Part shown: one piece after another, positions 9,638 through 18,797 of the stretch
How the letters are laid out: every line of letters begins with the position of its first letter
Position numbering within the stretch: the first letter of the stretch is position 1
DNA from: a virus
Taxonomy: Duplodnaviria; Caudoviricetes
Strand: one strand, 5' to 3'
Virus record (IMG/VR): IMGVR_UViG_3300027908_000028
Location: 1 to 59,940 of that record
Length of the DNA stretch: 59,940 bases
The notes under the pieces: generated by a model
Seen by the model: the letters and a program-made list of their open reading frames with translations, nothing else
Databases searched by the model: none
Told to the model about the DNA's origin: nothing
Position numbers and translations under genes: made by a program

Positions 9638-10000
9638 ATGACGAATGCGACTGTTGAAACGAAGCTCGACACCTCCCTCTCGAGGAAGTGCGACTCTCTG
9701 AACTGCCCGAATCCGGGGATCTGGCATCCCGTACTTGTCTTCCGTCACAAGAGTCAGGCGAAGGCCGCTGCCATCCGCGGCGTCATCCCCATTCGACTCT
9801 GCGATGACTGTCGCAGGATCGCGCGTCCGGAATCGCTTCTGACTGATGCTCTCTGGAACGAGGTATCTACGAAGCTCTTGGAGACCGGACGTCGCAAGCC
9901 GACACGCTCGTTCACTGAGATCGATTTCACGATCGTCGGTGGTCCAGAGGCGACACGGTTCTTTCGTCAGATCCCCGAGAATCTTCGAGCCCAGATCTGA
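9638..10000 (+). CDS. hypothetical protein, possible Zn finger
   Basis: GGAG SD before ATG 9638; CDSLNC...LCDDC. Confidence 0.6.
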   Translation: MTNATVETKLDTSLSRKCDSLNCPNPGIWHPVLVFRHKSQAKAAAIRGVIPIRLCDDCRRIARPESLLTDALWNEVSTKLLETGRRKPTRSFTEIDFTIVGGPEATRFFRQIPENLRAQI

Positions 10001-10005
10001 GTTGC

Positions 10006-10188
10006 ATGCTTCCGTTTGCCGAGAAGCTCCAACGCTTCAAAGACAGGGGTTCTCCTCATCGTCGTGGCTGGAAGCCGTGGTCGACTCTGGCGCGCGCTTT
10101 CCGGCGTGAGCTGGCCACCTGGGAGATTGACCGAAGACCCCTCTGGCAGCGCGTCCTAGACGCACGGCAGGGGGGTTGGAAGCCCTGA
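10006..10188 (+). CDS. small hypothetical protein
   Basis: 60 aa ORF whose TGA runs into palindrome copy 2. Confidence 0.45.
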   Translation: MLPFAEKLQRFKDRGSPHRRGWKPWSTLARAFRRELATWEIDRRPLWQRVLDARQGGWKP

Positions 10189-10208
10189 CCGAAAGTCGAC
10201 TTTCGATC
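10187..10208. repeat. 22-bp palindrome copy 2 (1 mismatch)
   Basis: GACCGAAAGTCGACTTTCGATC. Confidence 0.95.
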
Positions 10209-10232
10209 GCCCGTCCACGGCATCACGTGGGC

Positions 10233-10604
10233 ATGCGGACTCGAAACCTTGTGATCAACGGCAGGCACATGGGAGAGCTTCGGATCTCCGATGCGCAGGA
10301 CCCCACCATGGCGCGTGAAGAGAACGTCATGCATGCGCGCGACCGCATCGCGGAGGTGATCGAGTTGTGGCCCGACTCTCTTCCTCCGCAGTCGATCCTT
10401 CTCCTCGCCGCACGGCTCCTCTCGGCGGTCATCCGCGGGTGTGACACGATCAACTCGAACTACATGCGGTTCGATCGCGATCTGCTCATGGAGAACGACA
10501 TCGTGACGGCGTACCTCCGTCACTTCGGACTCGAGTCGTGCAAGACGCTCTTCAACAAGATCAGGACGCGCAACCTGATGCATGGCTCGCCGTCCCGTGA
10601 GTGA
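10233..10604 (+). CDS. hypothetical protein
   Basis: ATG 10233, 6 nt after GGCATCAC, within ORF 10176..10604. Confidence 0.6.
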   Translation: MRTRNLVINGRHMGELRISDAQDPTMAREENVMHARDRIAEVIELWPDSLPPQSILLLAARLLSAVIRGCDTINSNYMRFDRDLLMENDIVTAYLRHFGLESCKTLFNKIRTRNLMHGSPSRE

Positions 10605-11280
10605 TAACAAGCTCCTCAAGCAGCTCGAGGCACTCTACAAGCTCTCCATTCTTCGACCCGAGGAAGAGAACGATCCGGGCAGACAGAACGAGGCGCGCAC
10701 GAGTGCGTTCCTTCTTCTCAAGAAGGCACGTGAGAATGGCGTAGTGGTCAAGTTCATCGTTCCGACCCAGGCCAAGAATCCGTACGATGTGCCTGACCTC
10801 ACACGGAGCGAAGAAGCCGCACGTCGTTACTGGCGTGCAGATCCATTCGGTGTGTCTCCCGAATACACGACGGCAGATCCATTCGGCGGAGTTGCAGACT
10901 TTTTCACTGACTTCCTCAAGCAGCAAACGGCTCGGATGAATGACGAGGTTCGTCGGCAGGCTGCAGAGACCGCACAAGCGCGGGAGAGGGTACAAGCGCG
11001 GGAGAGGGAATACGCCAAGAGAACGCGTGCGGATCACCCTCCGTCATCGCCCTTCACGCGTCCGCAGTCCCCGGGATACAAAGCGCCTCGCGGGCGCAAT
11101 CGCACGACTCGAGATACACCTCCACTCATTCGAAACAGCTACGAGACGGTGTGTCGCGTTTGCAATCAGAAGATCCCGCTCGGACAAGATGTGTGGTGGA
11201 TCCGCGCCGTAGGCGTGGCTCACAAGGAGTGCGGATACACGGGACTTGTCGACCTCGTAGACGAGCCAGAAGAGGGTTGA
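10582..11280 (+). CDS. hypothetical protein with C-terminal Zn ribbon
   Basis: CRVC...HKEC; internal duplications ADPFG x2 and QARER x2. Confidence 0.65.
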   Translation: MARRPVSDNKLLKQLEALYKLSILRPEEENDPGRQNEARTSAFLLLKKARENGVVVKFIVPTQAKNPYDVPDLTRSEEAARRYWRADPFGVSPEYTTADPFGGVADFFTDFLKQQTARMNDEVRRQAAETAQARERVQAREREYAKRTRADHPPSSPFTRPQSPGYKAPRGRNRTTRDTPPLIRNSYETVCRVCNQKIPLGQDVWWIRAVGVAHKECGYTGLVDLVDEPEEG

Positions 11281-11292
11281 AAGGCGAAGGTG

Positions 11293-11321
11293 TTGTGCGT
11301 GAGTCGAAGTGCCGATACACT
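11293..11321 (+). promoter_or_regulatory. sigma70-like promoter
   Basis: TTGTGC-N17-TACACT, ATG 11330 lies 8 nt downstream. Confidence 0.6.
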
Positions 11322-11329
11322 TCGACGTC

Positions 11330-12178
11330 ATGACTACTCCGGCGTTTCTGGGACGATTCGGCAAGGGCTATCTTCCGGACACGCACGACAAGAGCAAAGA
11401 TCTCTCTGCGCGCGCTCTCCTCGGCGCAGCAGTCCGAGTGCCTACGGAGTTTTCACTCGAACAGTACATGCTCAAGATCTGGGATCAGGGCCAGACCTCG
11501 AGCTGTGTCGGTTGGGCTTTCATGCAAGCCGTCATGCTCCGCTGTGCTGCGATGGGCAGCCCCATTCCTCCGCCGAGCCCAGAAGCCATCTACGTGCTCG
11601 CACGTGCTATGGCACGCCAGCAAGACGGACAGACGCCGGAGCAATCTCCTCTCGAGGACAACGGTTCGGTGCCCGCGCTCGCCGTCGCAGCGATGCAGCA
11701 ATGGGGCATCCCCTCGATGACTGCTTGGCCCTTCGATCCGGATACGATCGACAATGAGCCCGATCTCGAAGAGCTGGAGGTTGCGAGCGCGTTCCAGCTC
11801 TTGGGCTCAGGCTACGCGCGCATCAACTCGACGGGAGCGCAGCGCGTGGCCGACATCCAACAGGCCATCAGCAGTGGGTACCCTGTCGCCATCGGCACGA
11901 GCGTCGACAAGGCTTTCGAGGACTACACCGGACAAGGGCTGATCACCGCGCCCGATCCAGCGAACCTCCTCGGTGGTCACATGATGCACCTCATCGGCTT
12001 CCGAGCGGACGGCGCTATCCGTGGGGTCAATCAGTGGGGCACGTCGTGGGGAGACAGCGGCCTTTACTGGGCCGATCAGTCGTTCATTCGAAGCGATCTC
12101 CTGACCGATGCATACATTCTCATGGTCAGCGCGACGGGTCACAAAGGCGCGATCCTCCAGAAGCAGAAGTCGGCGTAA
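11330..12178 (+). CDS. papain-like (C1 family) cysteine peptidase
   Basis: DQGQTSSCVGWA (oxyanion Gln, catalytic Cys), GGHMMHLIG (His), NQWGTSWGDSG (Asn). Confidence 0.9.
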   Translation: MTTPAFLGRFGKGYLPDTHDKSKDLSARALLGAAVRVPTEFSLEQYMLKIWDQGQTSSCVGWAFMQAVMLRCAAMGSPIPPPSPEAIYVLARAMARQQDGQTPEQSPLEDNGSVPALAVAAMQQWGIPSMTAWPFDPDTIDNEPDLEELEVASAFQLLGSGYARINSTGAQRVADIQQAISSGYPVAIGTSVDKAFEDYTGQGLITAPDPANLLGGHMMHLIGFRADGAIRGVNQWGTSWGDSGLYWADQSFIRSDLLTDAYILMVSATGHKGAILQKQKSA

Positions 12179-12195
12179 CGCGAAGGGAGTCTCTG

Positions 12196-12519
12196 ATGAT
12201 TCGATTGGTGCCACTTCTGGCGTGCGCGCTCTTCGCGTGTACGCCGAATCCGAAGACATCGGCGTCGCAGCCCGACGCTTCGGATGCTTCGTTCGTGCTC
12301 GCTCCCACGATCGCGGGACAGTGCGCGCAGGCGTGCACGAACCTACGTTCGCTCGGGTGCGCATCAGGCTTCGGTGTCGATGGCGGACAGTCGTGCGAAG
12401 TCGTGTGCACCAACGCCATGGGCACCACGCCCCCGACGTTCGACATGAACCTCTCATGTCTCATCGGTGCCAAGGACAAGGCGGGAGTGGTCTTCTGCAA
12501 GACGGCGGCGTGCCCATGA
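12196..12519 (+). CDS. Cys-rich lipoprotein
   Basis: hydrophobic signal with lipobox-like LFAC; CAQAC..L..LGC, CEVVC and further Cys. Confidence 0.7.
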   Translation: MIRLVPLLACALFACTPNPKTSASQPDASDASFVLAPTIAGQCAQACTNLRSLGCASGFGVDGGQSCEVVCTNAMGTTPPTFDMNLSCLIGAKDKAGVVFCKTAACP

Positions 12520-13178
12520 GTGTCGGAGTCGTCAGTCAGGCCAAAGCGTTCTCTTTCGGGATCGACACCGTCACGGTTTGTTCGTCCGATCAGCTCAAGG
12601 CGATGCGCGACGATCCGGTCACGCCGATCAAGTTCGTTGCGCTCTACATGGGCGGAGGCGGGTGGAATCCCACCTACCGCGATCTCATCTTCTCGCTCGG
12701 ACTCGGCATCTCCCCGGTGACCTTCTCGCGTGCTTCCGGGTGGACGCCCTCGAGCCAAGAGGGTGCGGTCGATGGTGCGGGTGACGTGGCTCGCCTGACG
12801 TCTCTCGCGTGTCCGCTCGGAGTGACTGTCTGGACGGATCTCGAGGGGTGCTCGGGTACCGTGCAGACCACGCAGGATTGGTGCAACGCGCGCGGCAAGG
12901 CGCAACAGGCTGGTGGGTGGATGCCGGGGCTCTACGTGGGCGCCGCGCAGGCGCTCAATGGCGTCCAGCTCGCGTCCCTCGTGCAGAGTCGATATTGGGA
13001 GGCTCTCTCGATCATCCGTGCCCCGGGGATGCCCTTGGGGAGCGTCGTGCAGCCGTCGTCCGGCTGGTGTCAGAAGCAACTCCCACATACGACCGTGCTC
13101 GGTGGTGCGACGGTCGATATCAACGTCGTCTTCTACGATTGGCAAAATCGATTGCCGACGATCTGGATGCCAAGCTGA
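12516..13178 (+). CDS. DUF1906/GH25-like TIM-barrel glycoside hydrolase, putative endolysin
   Basis: FGIDT, FVALY, G..DG, TVWTDLEG, PGLYVG, VDIN motifs; ATGA coupling. Confidence 0.75.
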   Translation: MSVGVVSQAKAFSFGIDTVTVCSSDQLKAMRDDPVTPIKFVALYMGGGGWNPTYRDLIFSLGLGISPVTFSRASGWTPSSQEGAVDGAGDVARLTSLACPLGVTVWTDLEGCSGTVQTTQDWCNARGKAQQAGGWMPGLYVGAAQALNGVQLASLVQSRYWEALSIIRAPGMPLGSVVQPSSGWCQKQLPHTTVLGGATVDINVVFYDWQNRLPTIWMPS

Positions 13179-13191
13179 CATCTGCTTTTTG

Positions 13192-13220
13192 TTGACCCAG
13201 GGAGCATGAATGACCATGCT
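13192..13220 (+). promoter_or_regulatory. sigma70-like promoter
   Basis: TTGACC-N17-CATGCT with TGn-like extension, ATG 8 nt downstream. Confidence 0.55.
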
Positions 13221-13228
13221 CCCAGGCC

Positions 13229-13774
13229 ATGAAAACAGCACTCTGTCTCTTCGCGTTTTTGATCGTGTCGTCCATGGCCATCGCTTCACATGCAGATGTG
13301 AGAAGTGACGCGCAGGCTGTCACGGTCGACGAAGTTCTTGCGATGATGAAGGCCGTTCCAGAGAAGGCGCATCCCTCGCGCCCGGGTCGGTACGATCAGG
13401 TGGGCGATGCTCAGGAGATCGCGCGAGGAATTGCCATGGTGGCGCCTCAGAAGGACACTGCCGCGCTTCTCGCGGTCTTCGCTGCCTACGAGTCTTCGAA
13501 TCAGAAGTGTGTCGGAGGTGACAAGAACGCCGCTGGCGAGTTCCAGTCGTGGGGAACATTCCAGCTCCGTGGCGTCTCGATGGACACCGCGTGCAATCCT
13601 GAGCTGGCAGCGGCTTACTGGCTGAAGCTCAAGGCGCAGGCAGAAGCAACGTGCGCAGAGAATCCGATCGATGACAGGCTCGCGCCTCTGACTGGCGGAT
13701 CGTGTGAACGTGGGCGGGCTGTCTCGCGTACGCGTCACCGCATCGCGCGCACGGTTGCCGCCGCGGTACCCTGA
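13229..13774 (+). CDS. secreted lysozyme-like / lytic transglycosylase protein
   Basis: Sec signal peptide ending ASHA; AAYESS catalytic Glu; GD...SWGTFQL glycine motif. Confidence 0.7.
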   Translation: MKTALCLFAFLIVSSMAIASHADVRSDAQAVTVDEVLAMMKAVPEKAHPSRPGRYDQVGDAQEIARGIAMVAPQKDTAALLAVFAAYESSNQKCVGGDKNAAGEFQSWGTFQLRGVSMDTACNPELAAAYWLKLKAQAEATCAENPIDDRLAPLTGGSCERGRAVSRTRHRIARTVAAAVP

Positions 13775-13807
13775 CTGGCATACTGATCGCCGGAGGCGCA
13801 CAAGCCC

Positions 13808-14371
13808 ATGCACAAGAAGCACATCGTTGTTTACGATCCCAAGGGGCAGTGGTGGGAGGGAGCACTTGTCGACGAAGAGCGCGCGCGGCAACTCACTTCG
13901 CGCGATGTCGTGGTGCTCCCTGTCATCCCCGATCTCTTCAAGGTCTCGGGGGTCGGTGGGTATCACAAGCGTTCGTGGGGCGCGGGATGGTCTCTCGATA
14001 GCTCGGTACCGCGCACCGTCTCGCCGATGACGATCTATTGCCTCAAGGATGCGAGTGCCTTCTACTGGGCTGCGCGCATCCTTCCAGAGGCGTCCTTTCT
14101 AGAGGACATGAAGGAAGGTAAGCCGCTCACGGGCTTCGTTCGAATCGTGCCGGACAACAGCCAAGCCATTGTGGCCAAGTGCGGTCTTCAGGCGGAGCAA
14201 CACGTCGAGATCAACACGCTCACGAAGGACAAACTTGTAGGGGACTCGTTCCTTGTTCAAGGAAGCGCGAAGATCAGTGTTCCTGGGGATGGCCACTACG
14301 GCTTTGCGCTCTATGGCTACGCGCCCGGTCTCCGTGTAGTGTGGAGCGCGGTGAGTCAGTCCTTCGAGTGA
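13808..14371 (+). CDS. hypothetical protein
   Basis: 187 aa ORF with GGAGG SD. Confidence 0.7.
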   Translation: MHKKHIVVYDPKGQWWEGALVDEERARQLTSRDVVVLPVIPDLFKVSGVGGYHKRSWGAGWSLDSSVPRTVSPMTIYCLKDASAFYWAARILPEASFLEDMKEGKPLTGFVRIVPDNSQAIVAKCGLQAEQHVEINTLTKDKLVGDSFLVQGSAKISVPGDGHYGFALYGYAPGLRVVWSAVSQSFE

Positions 14372-14384
14372 TAGGAGTCCTGCG

Positions 14385-14876
14385 ATGAAGTTCCCGGTGA
14401 AGTTCAGTCGGTACAAGGGCGGCTCCGCTGGTCAGCCGGTACTCGGTTCGGACACCATTCCGACGACCAAGCCGGGAACTCAGGACAACTTCGCTCCGCT
14501 GCGATCGGTCAGCAAGAACGGGTGGCCTACCAAGCGTGTCGCGCTCGCAGCGGCCTTTTTCGGATCTGCGGCTACCCCACCCGCTCTCAATGTCAGCGCG
14601 TATGTGTGGGATGATGCTCTTGGGTTCTGGATCCTCTGCACGGGCAGCGCGACGAGCATCACCCCGGGGAACACGACGAGTAACCCCGTGACTCCGACTG
14701 TTCCGACCTTCTTCGACGTGCCTTGCCTAGGCGACTCCGCTCCGACGTACAGCAACATTCAGTCAGGAACCGATCTCGGAACGCTCGGAGTGCTCTTCAT
14801 CGTGAGCGACAACACTGCTGCGAACGGAGAGTATCGATTTGTCGTCGGTCCGGTGCTCAACGAAAAGAGCATCTAG
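14385..14876 (+). CDS. hypothetical protein, possibly virion-associated
   Basis: 163 aa Thr/Pro/Gly-rich ORF, AGGAG SD. Confidence 0.65.
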   Translation: MKFPVKFSRYKGGSAGQPVLGSDTIPTTKPGTQDNFAPLRSVSKNGWPTKRVALAAAFFGSAATPPALNVSAYVWDDALGFWILCTGSATSITPGNTTSNPVTPTVPTFFDVPCLGDSAPTYSNIQSGTDLGTLGVLFIVSDNTAANGEYRFVVGPVLNEKSI

Positions 14877-14905
14877 TGTTCCGACAGTGGCTTGGCGAAA
14901 GGCTC

Positions 14906-15151
14906 ATGGCCTTTGCCGTCAAGCTACTCGACGTCGAGAAGATCGTTCGCGAGGTTGAACAAGAGAAGCCGCGAGAGGATGAAGAAGACTGGGACGTTGC
15001 GGTCCATCCCGCGGTCACACTCGGTCCCAAGGCGCTCGCGATGCTCGAGTTCGCGCGCATGCCCGCTCCGCCGGCTAAGCGGAAGACGGTAGTGCCTCTC
15101 CGTGGCAGCTTGCAGGATCGAATCGAGAGGGCTCGCGCGCTTCGTCGCTAA
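14906..15151 (+). CDS. small hypothetical protein
   Basis: ATG 14906 within ORF 14723..15151. Confidence 0.5.
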   Translation: MAFAVKLLDVEKIVREVEQEKPREDEEDWDVAVHPAVTLGPKALAMLEFARMPAPPAKRKTVVPLRGSLQDRIERARALRR

Positions 15152-15188
15152 GGGCTCGTGACACCTAACGGGACTTCTGCCATCTTGG

Positions 15189-15845
15189 ATGCAGATGGCG
15201 CAGGATCGCAATACGACGCGTCCCGAGAGGGCAGCGGTTCCTACTGGATTCAAGCGCCTACCCGCCGAGGCATCGACGGATCAGATCATTCACGCCTTTC
15301 ACGAGATGGCGATTGCCTACGCTACGATCGCAGCCGAGTACACGACTACGATTCCGGAGCTGCAAAAAGACAACGAAGAGATGCGCGTGATCCAGGAAGC
15401 GCATGGAGTGCGACTTGGACGTCTCGAAGTTTGGCGTGCAGAAATGGAAGCGTCGGTACTACCTCCCATGCGAGAAAAGTTCGCGAGTTCAAACGACATC
15501 GCGGCGCACATCGGAGAGGTAGCGGCCAAGCACATCGAGGCCGAGCAGAGGAATGTTTCGACGCCCCCACCCGATGCTGCGAAGATTGCGCAGATCATCG
15601 CCGATCCGGTCAAGATCGCGGTCGACGAGATCAAAGCCGGGTGGTGGGATCGCCTCGAGAAAGAGCGCAAGGATGCGGAGTCGGAGCGTGTCCGGGTGGA
15701 GCTGAAGGCCAAGGAGCAACGCGATGCACTCGCACTCGACAACGAGCGATCGAGGAACAAGACGAAGTGGGCAATTGCTCTCGCAGCGGCGTTGGCCTTG
15801 GGGACACTCATTCGGGAACTCGCCGAGCACTATCTGGTAAGGTAA
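15189..15845 (+). CDS. coiled-coil protein with C-terminal membrane anchor
   Basis: charged helices then WAIALAAALALGTLI; GTGACA-N17-CATCTT upstream suggests start at 15195. Confidence 0.65.
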   Translation: MQMAQDRNTTRPERAAVPTGFKRLPAEASTDQIIHAFHEMAIAYATIAAEYTTTIPELQKDNEEMRVIQEAHGVRLGRLEVWRAEMEASVLPPMREKFASSNDIAAHIGEVAAKHIEAEQRNVSTPPPDAAKIAQIIADPVKIAVDEIKAGWWDRLEKERKDAESERVRVELKAKEQRDALALDNERSRNKTKWAIALAAALALGTLIRELAEHYLVR

Positions 15846-15852
15846 CCGGGCC

Positions 15853-17745
15853 ATGCCGATGGGTGAGATGCAGCAAGCGGGAACTACCGCTTTGGGAGAC
15901 GGGGGGACGGGTAGCTCCCGTTTCAGGGCGAAGACGTTCCTTGTCTCGCAGCGCTTCCGCGATCTCGACCGACGGCAGTCCTATTACGACTGCACGCAGA
16001 ACGACTACAAGCGCTTCGACTTCGAAGGGCGCGTCATCTCCTCGGCGGGCGGCATCTCTGCGACGCAGCCACTTCTGAGTTCGGAGAAGTTCGCGCAGTA
16101 CATCCCGCTTCGTTCGCGACGCCCCTCGAGTCCCATCCGGCTCGCGCGCGCGATCGTCAACACCTTCACCAACCTCGTTTTCGGCGAGGGACGCTTTCCG
16201 ACGTTCCAAGTACAGGGCGACGATCAGAGCGAGGACTTCATCGCCACGCTCGTACGCAAGATGTCGCTCCCCGTGAAGATGATCCAGGCGCGTAACCTTG
16301 GCGGCTCGGTCGGCTCCGTTGGATTGTCGTGGTGCTACCTCGAAGGCAAGCCGCGGTGCGAGGTGCACAACACGAAATTTTGCTACGTGCATGAGTGGAC
16401 GGATCGCGAGCAACACATTCCCCGGCACGTCACGGAGCTGAAACAAGAAGCGGTCGACGAATGGGATCCGCAGAAAAAGCAGTACGTCAGAAACGTCTAC
16501 TGGTACCGCCGCGACTGGACTCCAAACGTCGACATCATCTTCGTTCCCGTGCTCGACGAGCCGGGCAAAGATCCGATCTTCGTTCCTGATCTCGCACGCA
16601 GCGAGGAGCACAACGACGGCACGATCCACTTCGTGTGGATCCAGAATACGCCCTGCGACGATATCGACGGACTTCCGGACTACGAGGGTCTTTACGAGCC
16701 GTTCGATGCGCTCGACATCCTCGCCAGCGTGGTGATGAAAGGAGCGACGCTCAACCTCGATCCCACACTCAAGCTCCAGATGGATCCCGACATTGTCAAT
16801 CGGATGGGGATCAAGAAGGGCAGTGACAACGCGCTTATCACGGGCAAGGACGGCGACGCGGATTACCTCGAGCTAAGCGGTCAGTCGATCGAAGCGGGGA
16901 TCAAGCTCATCGAAGCCAAGCGCCGATCCATTCTCGAGGTCGCGCGGTGCGTGATCCCGAACTCCGAAGACGCGACGGCCAACGGCACGTCATCGGTGGC
17001 GATGAAGATGCTCTACGCGCCGTCGCTCGGTGTCTGCGACATCCTTCGCGAGCAGTACGCGCAGGGCATGATCCAGCTTCTCGAGGGGATGACGCAAGTC
17101 GCGCGCATTGCCGCTGCATCGCCGATCTCGATCTACGACAACGACGGCAATGAGCAACAGGTTCAGCGCGTCGTCAATCTTCCTCCGCGCGTGCAACAGG
17201 TCCAGGCTCCTCCTCAGCCCCATGCCCTTCCCGAGCCGACGGAGCCCGGGGAAGAGCCGAGCGAGTCGCAAGAGCCGGATCCGGACAATCCCAATCCCAA
17301 TCAGCCCCCCAAGCCGGAGTTCGACAAGATCGAGCGCACGCCGGGCGAGGGTGGTGAGATTGAGGCGCAGTGGGGTCCGTACTTCCTACCGACTCCGACT
17401 GATCAGCAAGCCGTTGTCACCACGCTTTCGACGGCGCTCGGACCCGGAAACCCTTTCATGTCCCAGCAAACGGCCGTGGAGATCGCGATGCAGGCGTTTG
17501 GGCGTCCCGCGGCCGACGAGCAACAGCGCGTCGCTCAGGAGTCGGCTCAGCAGAAGGCCGATCAGATGCAACAGCTCCAGGGCATCGGGGGAGCGCCTGG
17601 CAAGGATGGTATGCCTCCGGGTGCCAAACCGAAGCCTGGAGGCGGTGGAGCGCCAAAGCCACCCGGGGGCGGCGGAGGTGGGGGTGCGGGCGGAGCGGAC
17701 ACACAGAGCGGCAAGACGAGCGACGACGATGATGCTGAGGTCTAG
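15853..17745 (+). CDS. portal protein (SPP1 gp6-like)
   Basis: LARAIVNTFTNLVFGEG, HFVWIQN, G.DADYLELSG, SSVAMKMLY.P, MSQQTAV motifs; directly upstream of MuF-like gene. Confidence 0.8.
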   Translation: MPMGEMQQAGTTALGDGGTGSSRFRAKTFLVSQRFRDLDRRQSYYDCTQNDYKRFDFEGRVISSAGGISATQPLLSSEKFAQYIPLRSRRPSSPIRLARAIVNTFTNLVFGEGRFPTFQVQGDDQSEDFIATLVRKMSLPVKMIQARNLGGSVGSVGLSWCYLEGKPRCEVHNTKFCYVHEWTDREQHIPRHVTELKQEAVDEWDPQKKQYVRNVYWYRRDWTPNVDIIFVPVLDEPGKDPIFVPDLARSEEHNDGTIHFVWIQNTPCDDIDGLPDYEGLYEPFDALDILASVVMKGATLNLDPTLKLQMDPDIVNRMGIKKGSDNALITGKDGDADYLELSGQSIEAGIKLIEAKRRSILEVARCVIPNSEDATANGTSSVAMKMLYAPSLGVCDILREQYAQGMIQLLEGMTQVARIAAASPISIYDNDGNEQQVQRVVNLPPRVQQVQAPPQPHALPEPTEPGEEPSESQEPDPDNPNPNQPPKPEFDKIERTPGEGGEIEAQWGPYFLPTPTDQQAVVTTLSTALGPGNPFMSQQTAVEIAMQAFGRPAADEQQRVAQESAQQKADQMQQLQGIGGAPGKDGMPPGAKPKPGGGGAPKPPGGGGGGGAGGADTQSGKTSDDDDAEV

Positions 17746-17747
17746 CC

Positions 17748-18797
17748 GTGGCCGATCTTGCGCAACAGGCGCACGCGGTCCTGTCCAAGAACAAGCGTGA
17801 CGCGATCTCTCTTGTCTCTGGGCTAGGCGTTCGCAAGACGCGTGCGCTTCTCGAGACAGCGGCTCGCGATCTCCAGAAGCGGATCGATCAGCGCGTGCGT
17901 GCGCAGACGGGCGAGCCGTTCACGCTCACGCAGCTTCGCACGACGCTCGCTCAGGTGCGCGAGACTATCCGCGAGCTGTCCGATGGTGTGACGGGCGTTA
18001 TTCTCGACACGAGTCACACGGCGGCCGAGCATGCGGTAGAGCACACGGTCGACTATCTGAAGCGGGCAGACAAGGCCTACCGCGGACTCGGAGAACAACC
18101 CCTCGCACTTCGCGAAGCCGCGATGCTCGAAGAATCGATTCAGGGAACTCGTTCGAGCGTTCTTCATCGACTCGCAGCCGATCCAGGGGACGATGATCAT
18201 CCCGCGCGTCCGGGGATCCTTCAGCGCTATGGACTCAACACCATCGACTACTTCGAGAAGACTCTTCAACGCGGTCTCATTGCGCGAAAGACCTGGGGGC
18301 AGATGGAGAAGGACATCACGGAGCAGAGTCCCTTTCTTCAACAGGCTCCCGCGTTCTGGGCTCGTCGTATCGTGGCGACTGAGATTATGGGTGCCTACTC
18401 ACGGAGCACATGGGAGTCGATCCGAGAAGCCGATCAGGACTTGGGTGACATGGTCAAGATCGCAAGCAGCGTTTTTGATGAGAGAACGAGTGCTGATTCG
18501 TACGCTTTGCATGGAGCCATCAGGCGTCCGGAGGAGGCTTTTGAAACCTGGTACGGACCTATGTTACACCCTCCGGACCGTCCGCTAGACAGAGGTATTT
18601 TAGTACCTCACCGCGTTTCGTGGCCCATTCCTCCCTACCTTGTTTGGCGGGATGCAGCGGACATCTTGAAAGCCTGGAGACGCGATGGGCGAAAAGGTTC
18701 ACCTCCTCCGAGACCTCTCATGACGACGGTGCCTCTCAATCAATTCGGACGCGCATCCGATTCGAGTCTCGGCGAAGACATCCGCACGAACGGGTGA
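17748..18797 (+). CDS. MuF/SPP1 gp7-like minor head protein
   Basis: WARRIVATE, FDERT..DS..LHG, HPPDRP.DR (Cys-less variant of the HPNCRC motif); follows portal. Confidence 0.8.
   Translation: MADLAQQAHAVLSKNKRDAISLVSGLGVRKTRALLETAARDLQKRIDQRVRAQTGEPFTLTQLRTTLAQVRETIRELSDGVTGVILDTSHTAAEHAVEHTVDYLKRADKAYRGLGEQPLALREAAMLEESIQGTRSSVLHRLAADPGDDDHPARPGILQRYGLNTIDYFEKTLQRGLIARKTWGQMEKDITEQSPFLQQAPAFWARRIVATEIMGAYSRSTWESIREADQDLGDMVKIASSVFDERTSADSYALHGAIRRPEEAFETWYGPMLHPPDRPLDRGILVPHRVSWPIPPYLVWRDAADILKAWRRDGRKGSPPPRPLMTTVPLNQFGRASDSSLGEDIRTNG

Noticed and set aside
10837-11008. Short intragenic duplications (GCAGATCCATTCGG x2; ACAAGCGCGGGAGAGGG x2)
   Set aside because: Ordinary in-frame slippage duplications in a low-complexity linker
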